From an uncultured virus (IMG/VR IMGVR_UViG_3300032770_000008) (lineage: Duplodnaviria > Heunggongvirae > Uroviricota > Caudoviricetes), in IMG/VR virus record IMGVR_UViG_3300032770_000008: a stretch of 57,516 bases of DNA, one strand, 5' to 3'. This document shows, piece by piece, positions 44,380 through 52,874 of this stretch (position 1 is the stretch's first letter; every line of letters begins with the position of its first letter). The notes beneath the pieces were generated by a model. That model searched no databases, was not told the origin of the DNA, and worked only from the letters and a program-made list of their open reading frames with translations. The position numbers were made by a program, and so were the translations under genes.

Positions 44380-45033
44380 TCACGACCTAGACCGCGTATT
44401 GTGGAGGACACTGTAGAGCGCCGCGATGCCGGTGACGCCGAGCGCGAAAAAGACACCGATCTTGAGCACACCCAGCCAGCTCGCCGCCTCCGATCCACGA
44501 CCTTCGGCGCCCTGCTGCCAAACGGTCTTGGGCAGCGCAGTCGGTTCGGGGCTCTTGAGCGCGATCCCATGCGCGCGCGCGAGCTCGCGAAGCTGCCGGA
44601 GTCGATCTTCCCAGTTCTCGTACGCGGACCATTCGGTGGCGGCCCTCACCCACCACGACGCAGCTTGCTTTTCGGCGAAGTCCTTCCATTCGGTAAGTAG
44701 GGGTGTCACGAATGCCGAGAGCCACTGCGCGACCGCTGGCGATGGATGCGCGATCGCCTGTCCCGCGAGATCGCTCGTGACCGCTTGGAAGTCGGTCGTG
44801 AGGATCGTGATCGCGCGCTCCTTATCCGCGGTCGAATGAAACCACTCGCCCCCGACCACGACGAGCGGGCGGCGGCGATCCACCGCCGCCGTGCCGAATC
44901 CCTGGAAGATCTGCCGCGCGCTCCGCCGGACGGCCATTCCCTTCAAGACCGTCGGCAAGAACGGACCCGCGGCCGCGCCGATCGCGTAGTCCCGCGCCGC
45001 GATCGCGAAGAGCTGTCCGTACGCGCCACGCAT
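44380..45033 (-). CDS. Membrane protein, MRGxY-leader family
   Basis: MRGAYGQ...YAIGAA; C-terminal TM. Confidence 0.75.
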   Translation of the reverse strand: MRGAYGQLFAIAARDYAIGAAAGPFLPTVLKGMAVRRSARQIFQGFGTAAVDRRRPLVVVGGEWFHSTADKERAITILTTDFQAVTSDLAGQAIAHPSPAVAQWLSAFVTPLLTEWKDFAEKQAASWWVRAATEWSAYENWEDRLRQLRELARAHGIALKSPEPTALPKTVWQQGAEGRGSEAASWLGVLKIGVFFALGVTGIAALYSVLHNTRSRS

Positions 45034-45037
45034 CGTG

Positions 45038-45487
45038 CTACGGGATATCCTTACCCGTGAGCTGCGCGAGTCGCGCGCGCGCGGCGTCGCGCGCGACCGC
45101 CGCCGTCTTGGCAGTCGCCGCATTCTCGGGTGTCGGCGCCGCCGCGAGCGCGGCCTGCGCGCGCGCGAACTGGATGTTGGCCGTCATATAGGCGGTCGCG
45201 ATATCGACGAGCGCCTGCTGCTTCGGCGTCTTGACGCTCCGCTTGGCCGCGTCGAGCTGCGCGTCGGCCTGGGCGCCCGCCGCGGCCGAGGCATTCGCGT
45301 GATCAGCGGCGGCCGGCGGATCCAGCGGAGCTACTTGTTGCGCCTGATCGTGATGCCACAGCGCGCGCCAGTGGAGCTGGAGCGTCTGCCAGACGGAGAG
45401 ACCAACCGGATCTTGCCCGTGGCCGCGCTCGTAGAGCGCGAGGGCGAGCGCAGCCACGACCGGGATCAGCACGAGCACGGGCAGCAT
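45038..45487 (-). CDS. N-terminally anchored Ala-rich protein
   Basis: MLPVLVLIPVVAALALALY followed by helical Ala-rich region. Confidence 0.7.
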   Translation of the reverse strand: MLPVLVLIPVVAALALALYERGHGQDPVGLSVWQTLQLHWRALWHHDQAQQVAPLDPPAAADHANASAAAGAQADAQLDAAKRSVKTPKQQALVDIATAYMTANIQFARAQAALAAAPTPENAATAKTAAVARDAARARLAQLTGKDIP

Positions 45488-45490
45488 CGA

Positions 45491-46201
45491 TCATTTCTCC
45501 TTGGTGACGGCGAAGTGATACGCGAGCACGCCGACGAGGGCGACGCCGCCGATCATGAGGGCGAGCGGTCCAAACAGTTCCTTTACGACGTTCGCGGCAC
45601 CCTGCCCGAACTTTTTTGCCGCGTCCTCCAGCGTATGGGGAAGCTGCTCCACGGCGTACTCGACGCTGTCGACGATCATCGACCACTTGCTCGGCAATTC
45701 CTCCGTCGCAGCGACCTGAATCGAGATCGCGTTCGCCGCGCGCCAAAATTCGTCGTTGAACGGATAGAGCGCCGTGGGTGGCGCCACCGTCGCGATCGCT
45801 TCCACGTGCTCGAGCGCGCGGTGCCCGCGCTCGAGCACGGCCTCGCGCCCTGTCGCTTCCACGTGCCGGCCCCCAACCAAATATTTTCCCGCGATCTGTC
45901 GCCAAAACATCGCGAGACGCACGACATCGGAGTTCACGGTTCGAGGAATCTTGAGCAAGTATCCCGAGGGCGCGCTCGACGGCAGCGTCCCGGGCGGAAG
46001 GTTCGCGTAGCCGACCGTCTTGATCCAATTCGGCGGCGCGGTCCAATCAAAACCACGCTTCTTGGCGAAATAATCGCGCTGCGCGGCCCACATGTCGTCG
46101 GCGCGCGTGCCAGGCAGTGTGTTGAACGAGATGCCATCGGCCGTCTCGACGACGAGCGGCGGCACGCCCGCGCCGACGAGCGGCCGGTAATAGCCCCTCA
46201 T
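45491..46201 (-). CDS. Membrane protein, MRGYY-leader family
   Basis: MRGYYRPLVGAG; C-terminal TM plus KEK. Confidence 0.78.
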   Translation of the reverse strand: MRGYYRPLVGAGVPPLVVETADGISFNTLPGTRADDMWAAQRDYFAKKRGFDWTAPPNWIKTVGYANLPPGTLPSSAPSGYLLKIPRTVNSDVVRLAMFWRQIAGKYLVGGRHVEATGREAVLERGHRALEHVEAIATVAPPTALYPFNDEFWRAANAISIQVAATEELPSKWSMIVDSVEYAVEQLPHTLEDAAKKFGQGAANVVKELFGPLALMIGGVALVGVLAYHFAVTKEK

Positions 46202-46566
46202 CGGAGCATCTTCTTCGCGCTAGCGAAGAGCGCCGTCGCGCGCGTCTCCGCCTTGCGCGCGCGAAGCGCCATCACGATGGCGAGCACGATCCCGCCTCCG
46301 GCTACAACGCCACCGGTCGAGAGCCAGCCGCCGGGCGATCCGCCTCCGCCGCCGCCGCGCCGCTGGGGCACGGCAGCCGGCGGATCGCCGCCGCCACCCG
46401 AGCTCGGCGTGATCGCGTCGTGACGCTTGGTGAGGTTCGGCCAGTTCGGGAACATCTTGTCGAGCGCCGCGCGATCGACCTCGTCGGACGTGAAGCCGAC
46501 GACGATCTTCGGAGCGGTCGCGCGAAGCGCGATCGGAATCGGTCGATGTCCGTAGTAGCCGCGCAT
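46198..46566 (-). CDS. Membrane protein, MRGYY-leader family
   Basis: MRGYYGHR...IVVGF; TM plus basic tail. Confidence 0.75.
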   Translation of the reverse strand: MRGYYGHRPIPIALRATAPKIVVGFTSDEVDRAALDKMFPNWPNLTKRHDAITPSSGGGGDPPAAVPQRRGGGGGGSPGGWLSTGGVVAGGGIVLAIVMALRARKAETRATALFASAKKMLR

Positions 46567-46570
46567 CGTG

Positions 46571-46774
46571 TTACCTCATCGCCTTCTCGTACCGCTGCAC
46601 GATCTTCGATCCGATCCAAACCGCCGCTCCGATCGACACGATCGGCAACATCACCTGACGGGCACGCGTCCAGAAGCCAGCGCTCGGCGGCGCGAACGCC
46701 GGATCGAGTGGTGGTGTACCGGGCGGCCGCTCGGCGCCGATGATCCCGAAGTAGTAGCGGTGTCCGTCGTGCAC
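46571..46774 (-). CDS. Small membrane protein
   Basis: RYYFGIIGAE, Pro-rich linker, TM, basic tail. Confidence 0.65.
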   Translation of the reverse strand: MHDGHRYYFGIIGAERPPGTPPLDPAFAPPSAGFWTRARQVMLPIVSIGAAVWIGSKIVQRYEKAMR

Positions 46775-46775
46775 G

Positions 46776-46958
46776 TCAGAATTTCTTCGCGATCTTTCGG
46801 GCGAACTTTCGAACGCCCGGCAGGAACGCGTACGCGAGCGCGCCGGCGCCGCCGATGAACAACGCGATATGCCACCACGGGCGGCTCGGCGGCGCGACTT
46901 GAAGGGTCACGGCCGCCGGCGCCGGCGCCGCGCCGACGATCTGCCGCCAGTCGCTCAT
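46776..46958 (-). CDS. Small membrane protein
   Basis: WRQIVGAA, Pro-rich linker, TM, basic tail. Confidence 0.68.
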   Translation of the reverse strand: MSDWRQIVGAAPAPAAVTLQVAPPSRPWWHIALFIGGAGALAYAFLPGVRKFARKIAKKF

Positions 46959-47173
46959 CGACGACCTCGGCGCTTCTTCGACGGCCAGAGGAAATAGACG
47001 GCACCGGCGACAGCACCGATCGAGATCACCGGATGCGCTCGAACGGTATCCGTCACGCGCGCCGTGATCCGATGGAAGAAGGACGGCTGCGGCACCGCCA
47101 TCACCGGCGGAGGAGCCGGCGGAGGGGCATCCGCGCCGAGAAGGGGAACCGCGTAACCGTACATGCCGCGCAT
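46955..47173 (-). CDS. Small membrane protein, MRGxY-leader family
   Basis: MRGMYGYAVPLLGAD, Pro-rich linker, TM, KKRRGRR; AAGGA RBS. Confidence 0.72.
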   Translation of the reverse strand: MRGMYGYAVPLLGADAPPPAPPPVMAVPQPSFFHRITARVTDTVRAHPVISIGAVAGAVYFLWPSKKRRGRR

Positions 47174-47235
47174 CGAGATCTTCCTTTCGTGTCGATAAAA
47201 CGGGCCGGCCGCAAGATGCGACCCTCCCCGAGAAC

Positions 47236-48933
47236 TTAGGTCTTCACCTTGCCGATCGCCTCGTTGAGCGGTCCAGGCCACGTCGCGTCGCTCTTGTCGA
47301 AGTACGCCGCGTACACGAAGCCGCTCGGATCTTTCGTCTCGCCGCCGAACCAGTCGTCGGCATCATCGCTCGTGGCGAAACCCTGCGAGAACCACTTCCC
47401 GCCCGTCGCGAGCATCACCGCGACGACCGGATCGTCCTTGCCGGCCGCGAGATCGTGTGCCTGCTTGCGAATCACCGCGAGCATCGGCGCCGACGCGCCG
47501 ACGGAGATCTGGTCACCGCCGGGCAACGCCTCCGGCGGCTTCTCGCCGGGAAGGGCCGGCGGCGAGGACGCCTTCGCCTGCTCGGTGAGATCGATCGCCT
47601 TCTTCGCGAGCTCGAGCTTCTGCCGGGCATCTTTGGCAGCGTCCGCCTGCGCGGCCGTCACCATCGCAGCTTCAGCGGCGCGGCGCGCGTGCCCGCGCCA
47701 CCACGCGTAGCCACCGAGGGACGCGGCAACGAAGAGGACCAGCGGCAGAGCACCGGACGTGATCGCCGCGGTCGCGTCATCCGCGAGGCCGAAGATGCTC
47801 GAGTCGTCGCCGGCACTCGCCGACGGATCGTCCATCTCGATCGCGGCCTTGTCCTGCGGCGTCCACTGCGAGGTCGACATGTCGGCGACCGGCTTGCCCT
47901 GGTTCTGCGCGATTCCCGTCACCTGCTTGAGCACGCCCTGCGTCCACTGCGCGGCCGGATCTCCTTGGGACGCGCTCTGATGCACGGCGTGGATCTGCGC
48001 CTGCGCCGATTTGTCGCCGGCTTGTGCGCGATGAAGTGTATTGAGGACGTGGTACGCGACCATCGTCTGCGCCGCCGTCTTGTGCGCGACGTCGACGGTG
48101 GCAGCCATCTTCGGATCGGTCGCGGCCTGTGCCTTGGCCTGCGCGACGGTCGCCTTGGCCTGATCTTTCTTCGGCCCGGCATTCGCGAGCGACGCTGTCA
48201 CGAGCTTGCCGGCGATCGCACCAGCCGCGGGACCACCGATCGCGGTCGCGCCGATCGAGGCCGCGGTCGCGACGATCGGCTCGATCGGCTTAAGCGCGTT
48301 ACCGATCGTGTTCACGACGCCGGTCACCGCGTTACCGATATCGTCGAAGAAGTTGCCGCACATGACGGACTGGTGGTGATCGAGCATCGCTCCCATGAGC
48401 ACGACGCCCGCCTCGTCGAGCGCCTCTTCCGCACAACCGACCGCGGCGTGCGCGGCCTCGGCGGCGTGCAGATCGCGGTGGAGCTCGCGGACCTTGGTCA
48501 TCGCGACCTGGATGAGCGGAGCGACGTCGATCGAGCCGCGATAACAGCGACCATCGACGCAGATCGACGCGTGCAGCCGGTGGTTCTTGTCGAGCTCGAG
48601 CGACACGGACATGCCGCCCGAACCGGCAGAAACGAGCGGCGCGATTTCGGCGAGCAATCCCGGAACGCGGTAGATCCCGCGATCGTTGTAGATGCCCCGA
48701 CCCGAGACCTGCGCCGACGGAGCGACACCGAGATCCTCGATCTCGAGATCGTACGGATACGGATAAGGCGGATAGTCCCACCAGGGACCATAACCACCGC
48801 CCCAGCCGCCCCAGCCGCCGAAGTAGCGACGACCGCCGCGACCGCCCCAGCCGTGACCGCCGCCGCCGCCGCCGTGGCGACCCACGACGGGCGGTGCCGA
48901 CTGCATCGAGCTCCAAGGATCCGCCGAGTTCAT
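47236..48933 (-). CDS. Large modular putative virion protein (565 aa), possibly processed
   Basis: Gly/Trp/Tyr-rich N-terminus, amphipathic FFDDIGNAV.. segment, TM, C-terminal FDK-W domain; modules separated by VVG/VSG/VG motifs. Confidence 0.78.
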   Translation of the reverse strand: MNSADPWSSMQSAPPVVGRHGGGGGGHGWGGRGGRRYFGGWGGWGGGYGPWWDYPPYPYPYDLEIEDLGVAPSAQVSGRGIYNDRGIYRVPGLLAEIAPLVSAGSGGMSVSLELDKNHRLHASICVDGRCYRGSIDVAPLIQVAMTKVRELHRDLHAAEAAHAAVGCAEEALDEAGVVLMGAMLDHHQSVMCGNFFDDIGNAVTGVVNTIGNALKPIEPIVATAASIGATAIGGPAAGAIAGKLVTASLANAGPKKDQAKATVAQAKAQAATDPKMAATVDVAHKTAAQTMVAYHVLNTLHRAQAGDKSAQAQIHAVHQSASQGDPAAQWTQGVLKQVTGIAQNQGKPVADMSTSQWTPQDKAAIEMDDPSASAGDDSSIFGLADDATAAITSGALPLVLFVAASLGGYAWWRGHARRAAEAAMVTAAQADAAKDARQKLELAKKAIDLTEQAKASSPPALPGEKPPEALPGGDQISVGASAPMLAVIRKQAHDLAAGKDDPVVAVMLATGGKWFSQGFATSDDADDWFGGETKDPSGFVYAAYFDKSDATWPGPLNEAIGKVKT

Positions 48934-48974
48934 GATTTCTCCGATTCTACAGGTCGCGCTCTGATCGCGCTCAT

Positions 48975-50405
48975 CTAGCGCCGCTCATACGATCCGGTAC
49001 GCGACAGGCCGCGCAGTCCCGCGCCGCCGCCGCGCCCCGAGGCCGCCGGGCCATAATGAATCTCGGCCCACGGACCAGACACCTGCGCGGACACGTTCGC
49101 CGCGCCCGACGCCGCGAAGTCCGACTGGCTCACGCCCGGACCGGGGCCGGCGCTCGGATCCCACGCGCCGCCGTAACCGTAGCCCGGGATGTCGTCTGGA
49201 ATCGCCGGCGGGTAATACGGCGGGTAGTAGTAGGGCGCGGGCACGGACGGAGGCGGAGGCGGAGGCACATAGCGATCGCGCCACGCCTCGCGACGACGAA
49301 ACAGGGGACGACGCTCGTAGTAACCACGCATGGGGTGATCTCCTCGCAGAAGGGTCCAGGTGCCGGAAACGTGGTGGCTGCGACGCAGGCGCTCTTCGAG
49401 TCGGCCGCGCGCGAGCTCGACGCGGCGAAGGATCTCGGGCACGCGCTCGACGGTTCGCCGACCTTCCCACGCGTAGGCATACTCTTGCTCGTCATCGGTA
49501 AGATCACGCGCGTGGAGCACCGGCACGTGGGCGTCGTAGAGCCCGCGGTTGATCGCGTCGAACAAGTTCACCGAAATCACCGATCCTTGCGGCGGATCGT
49601 TCCGATCGCTGAGCGTGAGGGCCTCCAGCGCCGCGCCGCCTTGAATCGATCGCAAGAACACGCCGGCCCCACGGAGCGCCTCGACGAGATCGTAGAGCGC
49701 GACATCCGCGCCGACGCGCGCGCCGATCGTGGATCGATGCTCGGCAATCGGCGATCGATCGCTCCACGCCGCATCGCCCTTGTCGAAGATCGCGACGTAG
49801 ATATACGACGCGGGCGCCGACGTCCAACGTGCGAACCAATCGAGCAATTCCGATCGTGATCGTGCCGGCACGGTCGACCACGTGGGTTCCGGATCGAGAC
49901 TCGTGAGCACGACACCAAGCAAGCGCGCGACAGACGCGTCGGCGAGATCGGCTGCGCGCCCCGGCGCGAGATCGACGTACGCAGCGTCCGCACCGAGAAT
50001 CCGAACAGGGTGCGTCCAATCCAAGCCCCACGACCGACCATAATCGCCACCGCCCCCACGATCGATGAGCAGCGGCGTCGACGATGCCAGGCGCGCCTTC
50101 TCGGGACCCGTGAGAATCCGACGCAGGCCAACCCACGTTGACGGTGCATCACCGATCGCGATCTCGTCACTCGGCGCGCCCTGCGCCCAGGACGCGCTCG
50201 TCTTGTCGAACGTCGCGAGGTACGAGTTACGAAGATCGCCCTGCGCGTCGCGAAGCCATGCCGCGAGCAAGCGTGCCGATCGGAATGGGCGCGAGCTCCA
50301 TCGCGCGGGGGCGCCTCGATCCGGATCGGGCGCGAGCAGCGCGACACCGATGAAATCGCCATAGGTCGCGGCCGCGCGGCCGTATGCCTCATCGCGCAAG
50401 CTCAT
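48975..50405 (-). CDS. Modular protein with two FDK-W domains and an internal MRGYY module
   Basis: YLATFDKTSASW and YVAIFDKGDAAW; in-frame ATG at 49331 with GAGGAG RBS. Confidence 0.72.
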   Translation of the reverse strand: MSLRDEAYGRAAATYGDFIGVALLAPDPDRGAPARWSSRPFRSARLLAAWLRDAQGDLRNSYLATFDKTSASWAQGAPSDEIAIGDAPSTWVGLRRILTGPEKARLASSTPLLIDRGGGGDYGRSWGLDWTHPVRILGADAAYVDLAPGRAADLADASVARLLGVVLTSLDPEPTWSTVPARSRSELLDWFARWTSAPASYIYVAIFDKGDAAWSDRSPIAEHRSTIGARVGADVALYDLVEALRGAGVFLRSIQGGAALEALTLSDRNDPPQGSVISVNLFDAINRGLYDAHVPVLHARDLTDDEQEYAYAWEGRRTVERVPEILRRVELARGRLEERLRRSHHVSGTWTLLRGDHPMRGYYERRPLFRRREAWRDRYVPPPPPPSVPAPYYYPPYYPPAIPDDIPGYGYGGAWDPSAGPGPGVSQSDFAASGAANVSAQVSGPWAEIHYGPAASGRGGGAGLRGLSRTGSYERR

Positions 50406-50614
50406 TCGAGACCCTCCAGCGAGGCAGCGAGATCGCAGATCCGCTTGCGCGCTTCGGCCGGCGACAAACCGATCGAAAGCAGCGCGCGGAAGCCACGCCC
50501 GACATGCGAGAGTGCGAGCTCGACCGGCGTCATGCGAGCGCCGACCAACGGCACCGCACCGCGGTCATAGCTGCCGTCGCGCGCGAGGCCACGCTGTCCG
50601 GCCCCGCGGCTCAC
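50402..50614 (-). CDS. Hypothetical protein (70 aa)
   Basis: GTGA/ATGA coupling at both ends. Confidence 0.5.
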   Translation of the reverse strand: MSRGAGQRGLARDGSYDRGAVPLVGARMTPVELALSHVGRGFRALLSIGLSPAEARKRICDLAASLEGLE

Positions 50615-51015
50615 CGACCGCCCACCTTCTCGGCGATGAGACCGAGTGCGCCCCACAGCGCCGCGTGCCCCCAATCGGTCGCGCCCTCCGTCACGCGCGC
50701 GAGCTCGTCACGCTGCCCGTAATTCCAGCTCTGCGTGTGAAGCAGCTCGCGATCGATCTGCGCACCGAGGAACTCGGTGAGCGTGCCGATCGCGGCATAC
50801 GTCGCGCCGCGACCGATCGCCGACCAGCTCTCGAGCTTGGGGATCGCGTACGAGAGCGCGAGGCCTCCGATCGCGTAAATCGGCAGGAACGGCACGTGCG
50901 CTCCCTTGAATGCCGACGAGTAGCGCGGTCCGAAGAGGACGTTCTCGGCGGCCCAGCCGGCGACGCCGAACGCGGCACCTTTGCCGATGGTGGATTTGAG
51001 ATCGGTCTTGCTCAT
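50611..51015 (-). CDS. Integral membrane protein, CmpB/DUF975-like
   Basis: GWAAE, PFLPIYAIGG, TEFLG...SWNY pattern; GGAG RBS. Confidence 0.65.
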   Translation of the reverse strand: MSKTDLKSTIGKGAAFGVAGWAAENVLFGPRYSSAFKGAHVPFLPIYAIGGLALSYAIPKLESWSAIGRGATYAAIGTLTEFLGAQIDRELLHTQSWNYGQRDELARVTEGATDWGHAALWGALGLIAEKVGGR

Positions 51016-51368
51016 CCGGTTGTCTCCTTGGTCGCTGCTGACGGCGGCGGGGACGCGACGAGCCCCTCCGGCATTCGAGTGAAGAGCCCCGCGTCCGAGT
51101 ACAGCTGCGAGAGCCGCGGCGCGCCGTCCTTCCACCACTGGCGCGCGCCACACTTCGGGCACGTATGCGCCTCTTCGTCGCCGACGTTCCACGCCCCGAG
51201 GTGCTTCCACTTCGCGCCGCACAGATCACACGTATGCCCGTGGAAGTCCCACGCGAGCGCCGCGAGAACGCCAAGCGCGATCGCAGCCGCGCCATAACCG
51301 ACAACCTTCCCGAAGAAAGATCCTTGGCGAGGCGGTGTCGGCGGAAGTGGTGAGAGGCTACGCACCAT
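51012..51368 (-). CDS. Membrane-anchored zinc-finger protein
   Basis: TM followed by HTCDLCG...H...HTCPKCG. Confidence 0.65.
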   Translation of the reverse strand: MVRSLSPLPPTPPRQGSFFGKVVGYGAAAIALGVLAALAWDFHGHTCDLCGAKWKHLGAWNVGDEEAHTCPKCGARQWWKDGAPRLSQLYSDAGLFTRMPEGLVASPPPSAATKETTG

Positions 51369-51444
51369 CAGGCGATCTCCCCGTAGCAAACGCGCGCACC
51401 CGGGCGCTGCGCGACGACGTGCACGGCGCGTGTTGCGCGAGCGC

Positions 51445-51738
51445 TCACCGGCGCCTCCACGCGCTACGCTCGCTGTCCTCGACGAGCTCGTTCCACGACG
51501 CCTTCCCATCCGTCGCGTGTCGCTTGATGATCGGATTCTTGAAACCGGCGCGACGAAGTGCTGCGGCCGCGCGGCGCGCTCCCTCGAGCGTCTTGGTCTC
51601 CTTCTCGAAATCGGCCGGCGTCGCGTACACCAGGAACTTGCCCCAGCGCACCTTGTCGTACTTGCGTACGAGGAAGCCACCCGTCGCGGCGAGATAGCGC
51701 CGAATGTCCGACTGGAGCTGCTTGCGCGATGTCCCCAT
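51445..51738 (-). CDS. Basic hypothetical protein (97 aa)
   Basis: Start abuts the upstream stop. Confidence 0.6.
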   Translation of the reverse strand: MGTSRKQLQSDIRRYLAATGGFLVRKYDKVRWGKFLVYATPADFEKETKTLEGARRAAAALRRAGFKNPIIKRHATDGKASWNELVEDSERSAWRRR

Positions 51739-52833
51739 CTAGAACACCCCGTTGGTCCGCGCGAACGCCGCCGTCGTGTGCGGATAGCGCTTCCGATCTT
51801 CTCGGTTCTCGAGCCACCGCGCCGCGCCCTCGAGCCCGGCGACCTGCGCGAGCCCGAGCAGTCCCGAGAGCGTGATCGTCCGCGGTCCCTCCTCACCGGG
51901 GAGCTGGATCGGCCGACCGACGTGCTCGGACGCGATTCCAGACTCCGCGAGGTGCGCGCACGCATCCGCGAGATCGCGATCGAGCGCCGCGCGCTGCGCA
52001 TCAGGCGATGCCGCGACGGCAGCCGGATCAAAACCGAGCTCGGCGAGACGCTCGCGGCGATGCCGATACTGTCCGACGTGACGACTCGATTCGAACGTCG
52101 GCGCCTCGCGCGCGAGCCGACCGCACAAGTCATCCCAGCGCGCCAGATCGACGCCCTCGATCGGCGCGCGACGCTGCGTCGCCAGATCCGGAATCTCTCG
52201 ACCGACCAGTGGCATCACCCGCTGCGTCGCGAGATGTGAGTTCGAGGGCAACGGCTCGGGCGCTGGACCCCGAGTACCGTCGCGCTCCTGCTCGAGCAGC
52301 GCCACGAATTTCTCCGGCGCCTCGTCGATCATCTGTCGCATCTCCGCATCGGAGAACGTCGACGGTTCCATGACGTCCTCTGCGGATGCCGCGGGAACAG
52401 GTGCGATCGCGCGCGGCCGATTTCGCAGAAAGTGCTCGCGCAGTCGCCACGCCTGCACCTCGGCCTGCCGCTGGTGCACGACCGGCTCGACGAAGACGCG
52501 CACGATGTCATTCGCTACGTCCAAGCGGCCACGCGCCTCGGCCTCGGCGATCGCGCACATGATCACGAACGGCGGGATCTCGCGGCCCGCGCTCGCGAGA
52601 TCCGCGAGCACGACGAGTGGCGACGGCGGAGGCGGGGGACCATACGCGTACGGTGGCGGGGCGTAGTAGTCCGCGTAATACGCGCCGTCGCACGACGGAA
52701 GGTGCGAACGTCGCACCGGCCAGACGCGGTGATGCTGCACGTGCCGCGGCGCCGCATAGCCGACGCGCGCGGGTGCGCGATCGCGGCCCGCGAGAACGAG
52801 CAACGCGACGACGGCGAGCGGGATGAGCCACAT
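51739..52833 (-). CDS. N-terminally anchored protein (364 aa), possible degenerate lysozyme-like C-terminal domain
   Basis: MWLIPLAVVALLVLAG; C-terminal E...VGQY...LAELG...TLSGLLG..QVAG..GA..W. The fold call is weak. Confidence 0.6.
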   Translation of the reverse strand: MWLIPLAVVALLVLAGRDRAPARVGYAAPRHVQHHRVWPVRRSHLPSCDGAYYADYYAPPPYAYGPPPPPSPLVVLADLASAGREIPPFVIMCAIAEAEARGRLDVANDIVRVFVEPVVHQRQAEVQAWRLREHFLRNRPRAIAPVPAASAEDVMEPSTFSDAEMRQMIDEAPEKFVALLEQERDGTRGPAPEPLPSNSHLATQRVMPLVGREIPDLATQRRAPIEGVDLARWDDLCGRLAREAPTFESSRHVGQYRHRRERLAELGFDPAAVAASPDAQRAALDRDLADACAHLAESGIASEHVGRPIQLPGEEGPRTITLSGLLGLAQVAGLEGAARWLENREDRKRYPHTTAAFARTNGVF

Positions 52834-52874
52834 AGTTAACGAGCCTCGATCATACGCGTCGACTTTCGATCCAG

